Assembly (NCBI GenBank): GCA_040437565.1
Contig: JBDOQK010000063.1
Span: 62,001-126,000 of the forward strand
DNA length: 64,000 nt
Direction: 5' to 3'
Origin: Albugo candida
Lineage: Eukaryota
The translations under genes and the position numbers were made by a program. Position 1 is the first letter of the stretch. Each line of letters starts with the position of its first letter. A model generated the notes under the pieces. It had not been told where the DNA came from. It was given only the letters and a program-made list of their open reading frames with translations, and did not search any database. Below are positions 46,000-58,967 of the stretch, in pieces.

Positions 46000-48900
46000 A
46001 TCTCATATTATCAAGTTCGCCACGGTACTGCTTATTGAAAGTTCCCTCTTTATGGTTCGACTACCTAGTGATAGAAATAGCGAATGAGGAGGGAAGGAAT
46101 GTATTGAAAACACTTCGTACCTCTCTTCATTCCGGGAAAGAATAGGAGCTAGGAAGAAATATTTATTACAGCAAGGTGAAAAGGATATCCGTCTTCGAGA
46201 AGAAGCTGACGTCATACGACTTCAAGTGAACTTGGACGAAGTAGTAGCAGCTTAACGCCTATATTGAAGAGTCCACGTTTGATAATAATATCAAGTACAT
46301 GGAGAAATCATGTCGCCATTGTTTTGACCGTGAACGCGACATACTATCGAGTACTTTTGGAGTAAGTTTTACTCCTAACTGGACAAGTAAGTATACCCTA
46401 TATATACAGTATCACCCATCGGTTCCACAAAATTGGGGTAGTGTAATGCGATATCAAGAAAGTTTATCTGGAATTACTTGGCGTTTAGATTCGAACAGGC
46501 AAGAACCATTAACCCAATTCATTCCGCAAACATCATTTGAGTCTGATGATTCTTTTTTGTCGCCTTCATCAACAAAGCTGGAGGTAGATGAAGTAACTAA
46601 GCATATTCGTGGACAATCCGTAACTAGAATGGACGGATCGTCGGAAACATTCTATCATCTCGATCCGTGTTTTTGAATTATCTGCAAATTGTCTTCGAAG
46701 GCCAACTTCGTCGAGGATCTTTGCTGCGTTATCAGCCTAGCTCGGCAATCACGTTGCTGTACTAAAAAGAATCTCGTGCTGATCCTGGAAACTATCGTCC
46801 CATAGCATCAATGTTCGTGTGTATAAATACCCTGTCGGAAAGACTCGAATACCGACTGAATCAGGTGCTTTTGAAATAACTCCCCGAGTATCAAGAAGAA
46901 TTCCTGTTACTCATCAACACATTCTATACATGATCGATCTGCGGAATCTAGTCAATCATCGTGATCAAGAAGCATGCGCAACATTTCTCGATTTAGAGAA
47001 TGCGTACGACTAAGTGAATTGCTCGTAGATATTTCCGATTTTGTCAGAAATGAACGCTGAAAGTCTTCATTCGGTAGATAATACAAAGCTTCTATACAGC
47101 AACACTGATGTTTTATTGTTGTTAAAATGGTTTACACTTTCACCAAAAGTATCCATTTGTGTGGTGTGTAGCAAGGTGATCTACTTTCAGCATTGCTCTT
47201 TCTTATGACGATTGAGTCTTGATGCGGAGGAATGAAGGACCCGGACTATGCTCAACTCGAAGAATACAGCAAGCGTGTTCTTTTTTGCGGACGACTCGAT
47301 ATTATTAGCTTCTTCGCTTCAATTCTGCTCGAGACTGTTCAATATTATTGCGATGGTTCAGGTGCAAAGCGAGAAATTCCAAGTCAGCTTTGCTAGTAGT
47401 AAAGCGGCACCAACTATGTCAACCGTTTGCAAAAATTACGGTGCTTTCACCATTCGAGTCTGTGAAGTTTTCGAAATTCCATACAGCCAATCACCAGTGA
47501 TTATTGACTTTCAGATATATTTATTCTATGGTAAATCCTTCAGCGGTTGCTTGGTCCAGAACAATTTGCGGCTAAATACTGGTGGCACAAAGAATGGTTC
47601 TATCGCGTTTATGGCATTTTACAACTCCTTCCGATGTTCCGCAACATTCACTTCGACGCAGGTAATCGATGCTTGATGCAAGTCGAAAGTATGAGTAAGA
47701 TTCAACAAACCTTCGACTGTCAAAGTGATCAAGTAAGAATTTTTGTACCTACCTCGAAGAGCTCGACCGTCTATCGTGTCCCGAAAGAAAATTGGCACAG
47801 GCGTCTCCGATTTGGTGTGGCATTCAACTTTTGGAAAAGCAGTTTACTTTTCCGACTATACTTCGGACTCAACTTTTTCGAGTTGTTGGCGAGGCTTTAT
47901 AACCGGATGAGCGGCACCCATGCTGCTCCACGTACTCCACAAAAGCATGCTACTAATTATTCGGTCATTCCGTTCCGAGCAGCCTTCTGTTCGGTTACCA
48001 GTTCGTGCACGATTCTCGTTATCACAATAGTCACATCCAGAAATCATCCTGTGGCCAAGAAGCATCGCGATTAAGTGGAATGTTACTTTTCCACTGCAAC
48101 AGGAAAAGTCCAATTTGGGAAGAACTCATTCGTTCTTGAAAAAGCTCCTTTCGGTTCGACCAAGATGGCAAAATATCGCGTGTACACGGGCTCCTACACT
48201 TGTGATGCCTGGAAACCTTTTCGACTGGTGATGGAAGATCTTTGGTTTCAATTAGTCGCGGTTGCGATTCATCTAATTCTGAGAGATGGAAACTGCAGAC
48301 TTTTCGATTAAGGCACTTTGCCACCTACTGCTCCTGCTGTTTCGGTGATTTATAACATATTCAGTACTCACATCTGAAACTTTAACGGCAGNNNNNNNNN
48401 NNNNNNNNNNNNNNNNNNNNNNNNNNNNNNNNNNNNNNNNNNNNNNNNNNNNNNNNNNNNNNNNNNNNNNNNNNNNNNNNNNNNNNNNNNNCCAGTTCGT
48501 GCACGATTCTCGTTATCACAATAGTCACATCCAGAAATCATCCTGTGGCCAAGAAGCATCGCGATTAAGTGGAATGTTACTTTTCCACTGCAACAGGAAA
48601 AGTCCAATTTGGGAAGAACTCATTCGTTCTTGAAAAAGCTCCTTTCGGTTCGACCAAGATGGCAAAATATCGCGTGTACACGGGCTCCTACACTTGTGAT
48701 GCCTGGAAACCTTTTCGACTGGTGATGGAAGATCTTTGGTTTCAATTAGTCGCGGTTGCGATTCATCTAATTCTGAGAGATGGAAACTGCAGACTTTTCG
48801 ATTAAGGCACTTTGCCACCTACTGCTCCTGCTGTTTCGGTGATTTATAACATATTCAGTACTCACATCTGAAACTTTAACGGCAGCTGTATGAAATTGAG

Positions 48901-49040
48901 TAGCTAGATAGCACGAAAATACTTTTCTGTCGGCCCTCTTTCCTTACGTTGAAGCTAATAATTTGGTGCTGGGTAGCCTGTCTACGTAGTACTATTGACT
49001 TTCTGAACGTCGGACTTCGATGTGGAGTATTCTACATCAA
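46000..49040 (+). mobile_element. Degenerate LINE (non-LTR retrotransposon) ORF2 remnant
   Basis: DPGNYRPIA (about 46781-46808), FLDLENAYD, QGDLLSALLF, FFADDS and RLPVRARF, with many stops and frameshifts. 48492-48885 repeats 47998-48391 across a gap. The 5' limit is approximate. Confidence 0.88.
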
Positions 49041-52000
49041 CGTTGCATGTATTTTTGTTTATACTCAATTATAGAACTCATTTTCCGTCTACTTCTAGTA
49101 ATTGATATTCTCTGTGCTTTATACTAGCAGATTCCCTTCTACTTTTGCTCGGGATCTGCTTTGACCCAATATTCGAAAAAAAGAAAAGTAAGATCTTTTA
49201 TCGTTAGTTACGTCAGAAACGTTAGCTGTTGTCTGTAAAAGATACACATAACACACATCAGTAATACAGACACCTTTAACTGAGTAGGGGCGGACGGGCA
49301 GCAAGCAATTCTGCTGTATACGCTCCCAATACCTCCCTTACTTGCTACCCTTCTTCCCGCAACTGGATAGGCGAGCTTAAAAAAATCAGTCACGATACCT
49401 TTTCTCGATCAGACTCTGCTGCAAAAATAAGGATTTACAATCAATAACATATTAACAACCTATCTAAAGATCGTCACGACTCAACATTATGCGTGCGAAC
49501 ATATCGTCAGCCTGCTCGACAATTTCGAGCATAATTTATGTTTTCGTCAAGGATTTGGTACATTGATTGCGTACTACAGGATCATCAGTANNNNNNNNNN
49601 NNNNNNNNNNNNNNNNNNNNNNNNNNNNNNNNNNNNNNNNNNNNNNNNNNNNNNNNNNNNNNNNNNNNNNNNNNNNNNNNNNNNNNNNNNTGTATGAAAT
49701 TGAGTAGCTAGATAGCACGAAAATACTTTTCTGTCGGCCCTCTTTCCTTACGTTGAAGCTAATAATTTGGTGCTGGGTAGCCTGTCTACGTAGTACTATT
49801 GACTTTCTGAACGTCGGACTTCGATGTGGAGTATTCTACATCAACGTTGCATGTATTTTTGTTTATACTCAATTATAGAACTCATTTTCCGTCTACTTCT
49901 AGTAATTGATATTCTCTGTGCTTTATACTAGCAGATTCCCTTCTACTTTTGCTCGGGATCTGCTTTGACCCAATATTCGAAAAAAAGAAAAGTAAGATCT
50001 TTTATCGTTAGTTACGTCAGAAACGTTAGCTGTTGTCTGTAAAAGATACACATAACACACATCAGTAATACAGACACCTTTAACTGAGTAGGGGCGGACG
50101 GGCAGCAAGCAATTCTGCTGTATACGCTCCCAATACCTCCCTTACTTGCTACCCTTCTTCCCGCAACTGGATAGGCGAGCTTAAAAAAATCAGTCACGAT
50201 ACCTTTTCTCGATCAGACTCTGCTGCAAAAATAAGGATTTACAATCAATAACATATTAACAACCTATCTAAAGATCGTCACGACTCAACATTATGCGTGC
50301 GAACATATCATAAGCATGCTCGAAATTTCGAGCATAATTTATGTTTTCGTCAAGGATTTGGTACATTGATTGCGTACTACAGGATCATCAGTACTTCTTC
50401 AGAGTTCGCGCGATGATCTTGTCTACATCGCTACAGAGGCCAGACTTTCTTAAGCTTATAAGCATTCACATGATTTTGAGGTAGGTATGATCACAAATAG
50501 TGCTTGCTGTTCTTGAAAAGCAAATATCAGGCATTCAGCAAACCCTATAAGATCTTGCTTCAAACTTGTCGTATTGATCACGAATCAACACCTAAAAACA
50601 AGGCAAAATCAAGACCTTAAATATGGCTTTCGCAAGCCGAATTTATTCTTGAGAATCCAACGGAGCAGCTTTGGATACGGCGCCATCTTTCCCTCTCTAT
50701 TTCTTATAATGAGTGGACAAATCGACTCTTCACACACTGCACTCAGTCCAAGATCATCAAACTTTCTTCTTCGATATTTCATCGACCCAGCGTCGACTGA
50801 GTGTTGCGCCAACTCGGTATGCGGGAAGAACTTGTTGCATTCTCATTTTTCGAAATGGGTTTGATACTGGAATTGCAATTTTACTGAACATTGCTTCTTC
50901 GTCGCATTTGTCGGCAATTATTTAACGTGGCACATCAATTTGTTGTCAATGCTCTGTACGATGTGCAATCACCTCTTTGTAGGCTAAAGTAGAGTATACG
51001 GGAAATTGTCGTGCAGAGGGAGCCTTATCCTCGCGAAATACAGTAACTCCAACCTGTTCGAACAATGACTTGTGGGCTGAACCAGGATCTTGCATGCAAT
51101 GACTACAACAAAGACCATTCGTTTTCGTCGAATAATGTTTTTAGTTTTTGCTTACATATATAGTATTTTATTTTGCGTACATTCCAACAGGTCATATGGA
51201 TCCAATACGTGCGTTGAGCTGATGCGTCGGAAATGACCTACAACTCTGGACCTATATTGCCCTTAGTAATTTTATAAGCGCTGGTGATTTTCAAGTTGAA
51301 ACACAGATATCTGAAAATCAAGTGAATCGTGCTCGTGAGTAAAGTCGCAAGTTCAAGACATTTGAACAACAACAAAAACAGTAGCTATAGGATTCGCAAT
51401 GGTACATCTCTTTTTAGTAAAATTGTAGTGCCATAGGTGCAAAAGCCAATTATGGAGAGCGTATGGCATTCGCTTTGTTGACAGCAGTCGATACCAATGG
51501 GACACAGCGGCCTGCGCATCAGCTATTGCAATACGAACCCTCACCATAGAAACGCAGTAGGCTTGGGTTGGCAATCTCTCAATCGTTGTGCATGAAGCCA
51601 GTCTTCTGTATATTGTAAATACTGTCGCTGGCTTACAGGAGTTGAAGAAAAAGAACGTATAGCAAGATGGATTACAATCGCTTCATGATGAATGAGACCC
51701 GATCAGCTCCCACCATTTCACAATGTAACCTCGTCATAAAATTCGCTCTCTTTTATTTGTAATCGACTTTAGTGAGTCCGTGCATCATTTTGATGCTTCG
51801 TTGCCGGCCTAATTTCTATTCTCACTCTTTTTTGTTCGTTTGCACATGAGCCTCTCCGAGTCTTGCAGCAGATTAGTTCGACATCTGACGTCTTGCCAGC
51901 ATCATATTGACGTGAATATTGATCTCATTCAATTGATGCTACTTGTGACGTTTGTGTTTACAGAAGATGTATCAGCTCCGTTGTGCATAACGAGATGACC

Positions 52001-52752
52001 TGTCTTTTGCGTTGAGTTTTATAACATTCTGTATTCTTGCAAAGGGCTTTTTCTAAACTCAACAAAGAAAATCTCGATATATAGATGGGATCGAGCCACT
52101 GACTGAGTATGCGCATATGAAAATTACGTCATAGAAGCAATAATGTGTAAGCAACCTCAAGAGGTGAGGTATTGCCCATCTGGTTCTCAAATTAGTTGGA
52201 TCAGGCCTTCAAGTCGTACATCGAATAGGCTGTAGTGCGCCAGCCTTTTCATCGATGGTGATAGAGCGGTGATGCAGGCATCTTTTGTGGCCACACTCGT
52301 CAATCAGATGATAATCTAAGTCTCTCTCAGATGCTTTCGTTCGGCAAAGGTGCATTACCAACGAACCTCCTATTGCCAATATTGCGATTACAAATGACTT
52401 GTCAGGCATAACAATCATCCAGCCGTAGCAATCGGACTTGGTTCAATGAGTAATTTGTCTCTGTAGAAAGCTCATATATATTCATCAAAAGTCCACACCC
52501 TTCATTTCAAAATGGTCGCAATAAAGTAGTTTTTCTCGAGCTTATGTTATTGCAATTCAACGCTTCTTCAGTTAAGCTGAGTGTATGCAGCACGTTATAG
52601 TGTATCAGATTTCTTACTCGTTATGTAGTTCCCTTCCAAATGACGCCTGAAAACGCCGCCAAAGCCGCGCAATCGCCACACACAAAACCGCAAACGATTG
52701 GAGGAGACCTAGAATACTCAGTTATTATTGGATTAAAATCACTGGGAATACG

Positions 52753-54000
52753 ATGGAAAAGCATCAAAAAATATTGCGCCAAATAAAGTATGCTTTTCCG
52801 TCTTATCCAACGACCGAAACAGGTTCATCGTATCCATTCCACTCATACATTTACTTGTAAACAACTTTTACATATGCACCAGAAATTGAGTATTTTCGTG
52901 GCCTCCGAATACGAGAAAAAGCGCTCACTTTAACACAACACAAAATCATACAAAATTTTGTAAAAAAAGTAAGTATTTTGCCATTTTGAACCTCAACTGA
53001 CGCAATCAATTGTGCAGGTAAAACAGATGCGATGTACTGAAACGTCTGACGGGCGCAATTCCGCTTTCGTTGCGGAATATGTGCATTTATGCGCTGAAAT
53101 TAGTGGTTCCGACTGGCACAAAGGAGCATTGTGCGTGCAAACAAGGGAACGTATGAAGAAAAACCGTTATGTGGATGTCCTCCCGTATGAAGCGACTCGC
53201 GTGCGTCTACACGACAATGATCCGAATGAGTACATCAACGCAAATCACATTGCACCCTTTTACATCGCATGTTGTGCTCCTTTGCCGAATGCAATGATTG
53301 AATTTTGGAAGATGGTGTGGCAACAGAATGTATATGTGATTGCAATGCTGACACACTTGATCGAGCGCGGACGGATCAAAGCACATCAATATTGGAACGA
53401 GACGATCATGTCGATTACAGACTTTGGTGGCGTCTCTGTTCAGCTTTGTACACAGACGTTTATCGGTCAGAATGGCTCTGTTCTACCAAGCGAAAAAAAC
53501 TCTCTCTACGTCCTCCGAGCTTTTAAAATTTGGAATGGAGACGACTCGTCTCTCAAAGAACGGAATATCGTTCATATTCAGCTGACATGTTGGCCTGATC
53601 ACGGAGTACCACAAGACTTTGGAGCGATTCGTTCGATTTTGGATATCGTCGCTGCTCGAAAACGTGACGCAGACGCGCTAGGAACTGATTTCGAGTCGAA
53701 AGTGATTGTCCACTGTAGTGCGGGAATAGGTCGATCTGGCACATTGATTGCCATTGACATTGTACTGAGACAACTGCGTGCAGCGCTGGTACTGAATAAG
53801 TCTGAAGCAGAGCTTCAGGACGCTCTCAACATTGCAAAAGTCGTATATCACGTGCGATGTCAACGTCCTCTTATGGTACAAACACCGGTACGAAGCACTA
53901 CACAGACAATCTGACCATTACACAAATTCTTTTGTAGCAACAATATGCGATGATCTACGAGTACATTGGTGCCGTATTATCAGATACTCAGTCTTGGTGA
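52753..54000 (+). CDS. Classical protein tyrosine phosphatase, 4 exons
   Basis: KKNRYVDVLPY, YINAN, FWKMVW, WPDHGVP, VHCSAGIGRSG and QRPLMVQTP|QQY. Introns at 52823-52882, 52969-53018 and 53888-53937. The 5' exon model is inferred. Confidence 0.92.
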
Positions 54001-57000
54001 ACGTGTACTGATGTGATGACGAGAGCCAATTGGTGCCCCAATAGAAATTCCTTCCTTTTCATCGTAATGAGACTCTATCTAGCATTCTACGACTCGGAAC
54101 GTTTGTATTGCCGTATTCACTGACGCATTCACGTTAAATGTCGTTCCAAAGAGCAGAGTGTGCATTCCGTGAGCATAAAAGTGCGTGCATAATTATCGAA
54201 TGAAATGGGCGTTCTTTTTTTTATATTTTACGGTCGACACGCCAAAGGCCACGAGAGCCACACGTTCATCGAAGAGACTATCGACAAGCGATCATTCCCC
54301 ACACATGCGGCAGATCAAATTCGTATCTCAATTGCTTTTTCTCATGGAATCCGTCGCAGTATCGGAAGCATTCTCTGATTCGAATGAATGGAACAGCTTT
54401 CAGTATGCGAAATGGCTATGGGATCGTACTGACGGCTCAGACGCGTTTATCACCGACTTTTTCCCGCACGATAGCAATATGACATGCACAACGCACACCA
54501 CACACAATGCTCTCAATCGACAAGTTCGTGGTGTCAATTTGGGCGGTCTTTTCGTGCTGGAGCCTTGGATCACTCCAAGTCTCTTTTATCAATTTCTCGA
54601 TCCCGAGAGACAATTTGGAGAACAAACTCCATACAAAACCGCAATGGATACGTTCACTTTCTGTGAGGCACTCGGAAAAGAAGAAGCGAATCGACAATTA
54701 CGAATTCATTATGCCAATTGGGTGACTGAGAAGGATATCCAGCAATTAGCGATGGCTGGTGTGAATTCGCTTCGTCTTCCTGTTGGAGATTGGATGTTTG
54801 TCGCCTATGAGCCGTATACGGGATGCACAGATGGCGCTATCGAGCATCTTGACAGAGTATTGAAGCTTGCGGAAAAGTACAAATTACAAGTTTTACTCGA
54901 TATTCATGGACACATTGGGTCACAAAATGGAGCCGATAACAGCGGGCAACAAAAACAAGTCGAGTGGGTGCGTCTCGACACCAAAGTCCCGTCGTACCGC
55001 TTTGTACATTGGCCGACACGATCCGCTGATTGGGTTGGGAAATTCGACGTGAAGCATCAAAACTACACGTATATCAACTACAAACATTTGCTTCATTCTC
55101 TCAAAGTCGTTCGAAGGATCACGGAAAGGTATGCAACACACCCGGCAATCAATGGACTGGAAACAGTGAATGAACCTTGGCAATTCACGCCATTGCGTAT
55201 TCTCAAAGAATTCTACTGGAAAAGCTACAAAGTCGTTCGAGCGATTGCTCCGCATTGGACGTTTGTCATGCATGATTCCTTTCGATTCAACCCGAATGAC
55301 TGGCGAGGATTCATGAAAGGATGTCCGGGTATCGTGTTGGACACGCATTTCTACTTGGCATGGCGTGATCCCGGTACAAAAGAAACATTCTTCTCGTACG
55401 CATGCAAGGAAAAGTCGTATATTGCTCAGATGGAAAACGCGATCATGCCGGTTATCGTTGGAGAATGGTCTTTAGCTACCGATAATTGTGCCATGTGGCT
55501 CAATGGATTCAATGACGACGTACCGGGATACCCCAAAGTCAAGTGCTCCTTGACCCAATGTCCTGTGTACGGCACGTACCTCGGACGCGGGTTTCCCGGC
55601 CTCCCTTTAGACGTCACAAAAGCATCACAAGGTCCTTTTGGCACTGGACATTCCGGTCCGTCGTATGGCTTGTGTCCNNNNNNNNNNNNNNNNNNNNNNN
55701 NNNNNNNNNNNNNNNNNNNNNNNNNNNNNNNNNNNNNNNNNNNNNNNNNNNNNNNNNNNNNNNNNNNNNNNNNNNNNAGCGAAAAAAACTCTCTCTACGT
55801 CCTCCGAGCTTTTAAAATTTGGAATGGAGACGACTCGTCTCTCAAAGAACGGAATATCGTTCATATTCAGCTGACATGTTGGCCTGATCACGGAGTACCA
55901 CAAGACTTTGGAGCGATTCGTTCGATTTTGGATATCGTCGCTGCTCGAAAACGTGACGCAGACGCGCTAGGAACTGATTTCGAGTCGAAAGTGATTGTCC
56001 ACTGTAGTGCGGGAATAGGTCGATCTGGCACATTGATTGCCATTGACATTGTACTGAGACAACTGCGTGCAGCGCTGGTACTGAATAAGTCTGAAGCAGA
56101 GCTTCAGGACGCTCTCAACATTGCAAAAGTCGTATATCACGTGCGATGTCAACGTCCTCTTATGGTACAAACACCGGTACGAAGCACTACACAGACAATC
56201 TGACCATTACACAAATTCTTTTGTAGCAACAATATGCGATGATCTACGAGTACATTGGTGCCGTATTATCAGATACTCAGTCTTGGTGAACGTGTACTGA
56301 TGTGATGACGAGAGCCAATTGGTGCCCCAATAGAAATTCCTTCCTTTTCATCGTAATGAGACTCTATCTAGCATTCTACGACTCGGAACGTTTGTATTGC
56401 CGTATTCACTGACGCATTCACGTTAAATGTCGTTCCAAAGAGCAGAGTGTGCATTCCGTGAGCATAAAAGTGCGTGCATAATTATCGAATGAAATGGGCG
56501 TTCTTTTTTTTATATTTTACGGTCGACACGCCAAAGGCCACGAGAGCCACACGTTCATCGAAGAGACTATCGACAAGCGATCATTCCCCACACATGCGGC
56601 AGATCAAATTCGTATCTCAATTGCTTTTTCTCATGGAATCCGTCGCAGTATCGGAAGCATTCTCTGATTCGAATGAATGGAACAGCTTTCAGTATGCGAA
56701 ATGGCTATGGGATCGTACTGACGGCTCAGACGCGTTTATCACCGACTTTTTCCCGCACGATAGCAATATGACATGCACAACGCACACCACACACAATGCT
56801 CTCAATCGACAAGTTCGTGGTGTCAATTTGGGCGGTCTTTTCGTGCTGGAGCCTTGGATCACTCCAAGTCTCTTTTATCAATTTCTCGATCCCGAGAGAC
56901 AATTTGGAGAACAAACTCCATACAAAACCGCAATGGATACGTTCACTTTCTGTGAGGCACTCGGAAAAGAAGAAGCGAATCGACAATTACGAATTCATTA

Positions 57001-57966
57001 TGCCAATTGGGTGACTGAGAAGGATATCCAGCAATTAGCGATGGCTGGTGTGAATTCGCTTCGTCTTCCTGTTGGAGATTGGATGTTTGTCGCCTATGAG
57101 CCGTATACGGGATGCACAGATGGCGCTATCGAGCATCTTGACAGAGTATTGAAGCTTGCGGAAAAGTACAAATTACAAGTTTTACTCGATATTCATGGAC
57201 ACATTGGGTCACAAAATGGAGCCGATAACAGCGGGCAACAAAAACAAGTCGAGTGGGTGCGTCTCGACACCAAAGTCCCGTCGTACCGCTTTGTACATTG
57301 GCCGACACGATCCGCTGATTGGGTTGGGAAATTCGACGTGAAGCATCAAAACTACACGTATATCAACTACAAACATTTGCTTCATTCTCTCAAAGTCGTT
57401 CGAAGGATCACGGAAAGGTATGCAACACACCCGGCAATCAATGGACTGGAAACAGTGAATGAACCTTGGCAATTCACGCCATTGCGTATTCTCAAAGAAT
57501 TCTACTGGAAAAGCTACAAAGTCGTTCGAGCGATTGCTCCGCATTGGACGTTTGTCATGCATGATTCCTTTCGATTCAACCCGAATGACTGGCGAGGATT
57601 CATGAAAGGATGTCCGGGTATCGTGTTGGACACGCATTTCTACTTGGCATGGCGTGATCCCGGTACAAAAGAAACATTCTTCTCGTACGCATGCAAGGAA
57701 AAGTCGTATATTGCTCAGATGGAAAACGCGATCATGCCGGTTATCGTTGGAGAATGGTCTTTAGCTACCGATAATTGTGCCATGTGGCTCAATGGATTCA
57801 ATGACGACGTACCGGGATACCCCAAAGTCAAGTGCTCCTTGACCCAATGTCCTGTGTACGGCACGTACCTCGGACGCGGGTTTCCCGGCCTCCCTTTAGA
57901 CGTCACAAAAGCATCACAAGGTCCTTTTGGCACTGGACATTCCGGTCCGTCGTATGGCTTGTGTCC
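53488..57966 (+). repeat. Gap-flanking direct duplication, 53488-55677 = 55778-57966, probable assembly artefact
   Basis: Apparently identical 2.2-kb blocks offset by 2289 on either side of 100 N. They create a false partial GH5 copy and a false GH5-PTP fusion ORF. Confidence 0.85.
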
Positions 57967-58603
57967 GATCTCCAGCAATATCTCCTTCTCACAGACGAAC
58001 GATACGCATCTCACTGCTCAAATACTTGGCAAACAGCTACATGCGTGGTCTGTGGGTCATGGATATTACTTTTGGAATTTTCGTGCGGAACTTGACCGAA
58101 AATGGAGTTTTCTCGATCTTGTGGAAATGAATCTCACTCCACCGAATATCTCTTCGTACACAAAGGACGATGGCATTTTGTCGGCGTGTGATCGCGAAAA
58201 TGATGAAAACATCGTATGTCGAGCGCGACGCGATGTCACGGAAAGCGAATTGGCGACACAATTAGCAATTGTGTGCGCAGACTCGGATTTGGAATGCTCG
58301 TATCCATCCGAATGGACGGTGCGTCAAAAGTGTGATTGGGCTTTTGATACGCATTGGCGTCAGCACGTGCACGAAGGGATAACGTGTGATTATAACAATA
58401 CTGCACACTTATTTGTGGGGACATTGGATAAGTTTTATTTGGCTGCAACGTATCAGCTTATGGTCGAAGAATCTCCTCGCTGGGTCAGTTATCTCCCTGG
58501 CGGTATGACTGTGATGTTTGTGGTTGGACTTGCGGTCAAATTCAAAGGCATCTATTACTGGTGTCGTCGAAAGGCATTGCGTGCGCATTACGCTTCCATT
58601 TGA
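56594..58603 (+). CDS. GH5 exo-1,3-beta-glucanase-like enzyme with X8/CBM43-like module and C-terminal TM helix
   Basis: VRGVNLGGLFVLEPWITPSLF, LRLPVGDW, LDIHG, SQNG, acid/base NEP, HDSF, DTHFY, nucleophile VGEWS and FWNFR. Cys module CRAR...LAIVC...C...CDWAFDTHW...TCDYNNTA, then a TM helix and basic tail. The ATG at 56594 follows an Inr-like TCATTCC. Confidence 0.93.
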   Translation: MRQIKFVSQLLFLMESVAVSEAFSDSNEWNSFQYAKWLWDRTDGSDAFITDFFPHDSNMTCTTHTTHNALNRQVRGVNLGGLFVLEPWITPSLFYQFLDPERQFGEQTPYKTAMDTFTFCEALGKEEANRQLRIHYANWVTEKDIQQLAMAGVNSLRLPVGDWMFVAYEPYTGCTDGAIEHLDRVLKLAEKYKLQVLLDIHGHIGSQNGADNSGQQKQVEWVRLDTKVPSYRFVHWPTRSADWVGKFDVKHQNYTYINYKHLLHSLKVVRRITERYATHPAINGLETVNEPWQFTPLRILKEFYWKSYKVVRAIAPHWTFVMHDSFRFNPNDWRGFMKGCPGIVLDTHFYLAWRDPGTKETFFSYACKEKSYIAQMENAIMPVIVGEWSLATDNCAMWLNGFNDDVPGYPKVKCSLTQCPVYGTYLGRGFPGLPLDVTKASQGPFGTGHSGPSYGLCPISSNISFSQTNDTHLTAQILGKQLHAWSVGHGYYFWNFRAELDRKWSFLDLVEMNLTPPNISSYTKDDGILSACDRENDENIVCRARRDVTESELATQLAIVCADSDLECSYPSEWTVRQKCDWAFDTHWRQHVHEGITCDYNNTAHLFVGTLDKFYLAATYQLMVEESPRWVSYLPGGMTVMFVVGLAVKFKGIYYWCRRKALRAHYASI

Positions 58604-58629
58604 GTGTTCTTCTTCGAGTAAACGTACGA

Positions 58630-58967
58630 TTAACTGTGTCTGCTGGTTGTTGGATTCGCTGTTTCTGCATCGTCGCCTCCTTTCTGACGCTTCTGTCTCA
58701 TTGTTGTTAAGTGAAATGTCAAGTTTTTCTGAAGAAAGCGCTTACCCGTCGATACGCTTTGTATCGCTGCTGATACGATAGCGATGGAGGCTCGTGGATG
58801 GGATCTTTGTGACAATGTTTAGGATGTAAATCAAAGAGCTCCTGAATGAATGGCATCTTTGCTAATACACATTTCCACACGACAATCCATCCGAGTGTGA
58901 GAGTCAGTAAGACGATACAAACTGCGCCCGATAAATAAGCCGTTATGAGGACCCACGCATGCGCCAT
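58630..58967 (-). CDS. Small integral membrane protein, SMIM13-like, probably 2 exons
   Basis: MAHAWVLITAYLSGAVCIVLLTLTLGWIVVWKCVLAKMPFIQELF resembles the SMIM13 motif GWxxVWxxxLxKxxFxxEL. A GTAAGC donor near 58745 spliced to an acceptor near 58693 gives KRQKGGDDAETANPTTSRHS*. Confidence 0.7.

Noticed and set aside
54185-56203. Apparent GH5 glucanase-tyrosine phosphatase fusion ORF and tandem GH5/PTP duplication
   Set aside because: The ORF reads through a 100-N gap flanked by an apparently identical 2.2-kb overlap. Collapsing it leaves one PTP and one GH5.
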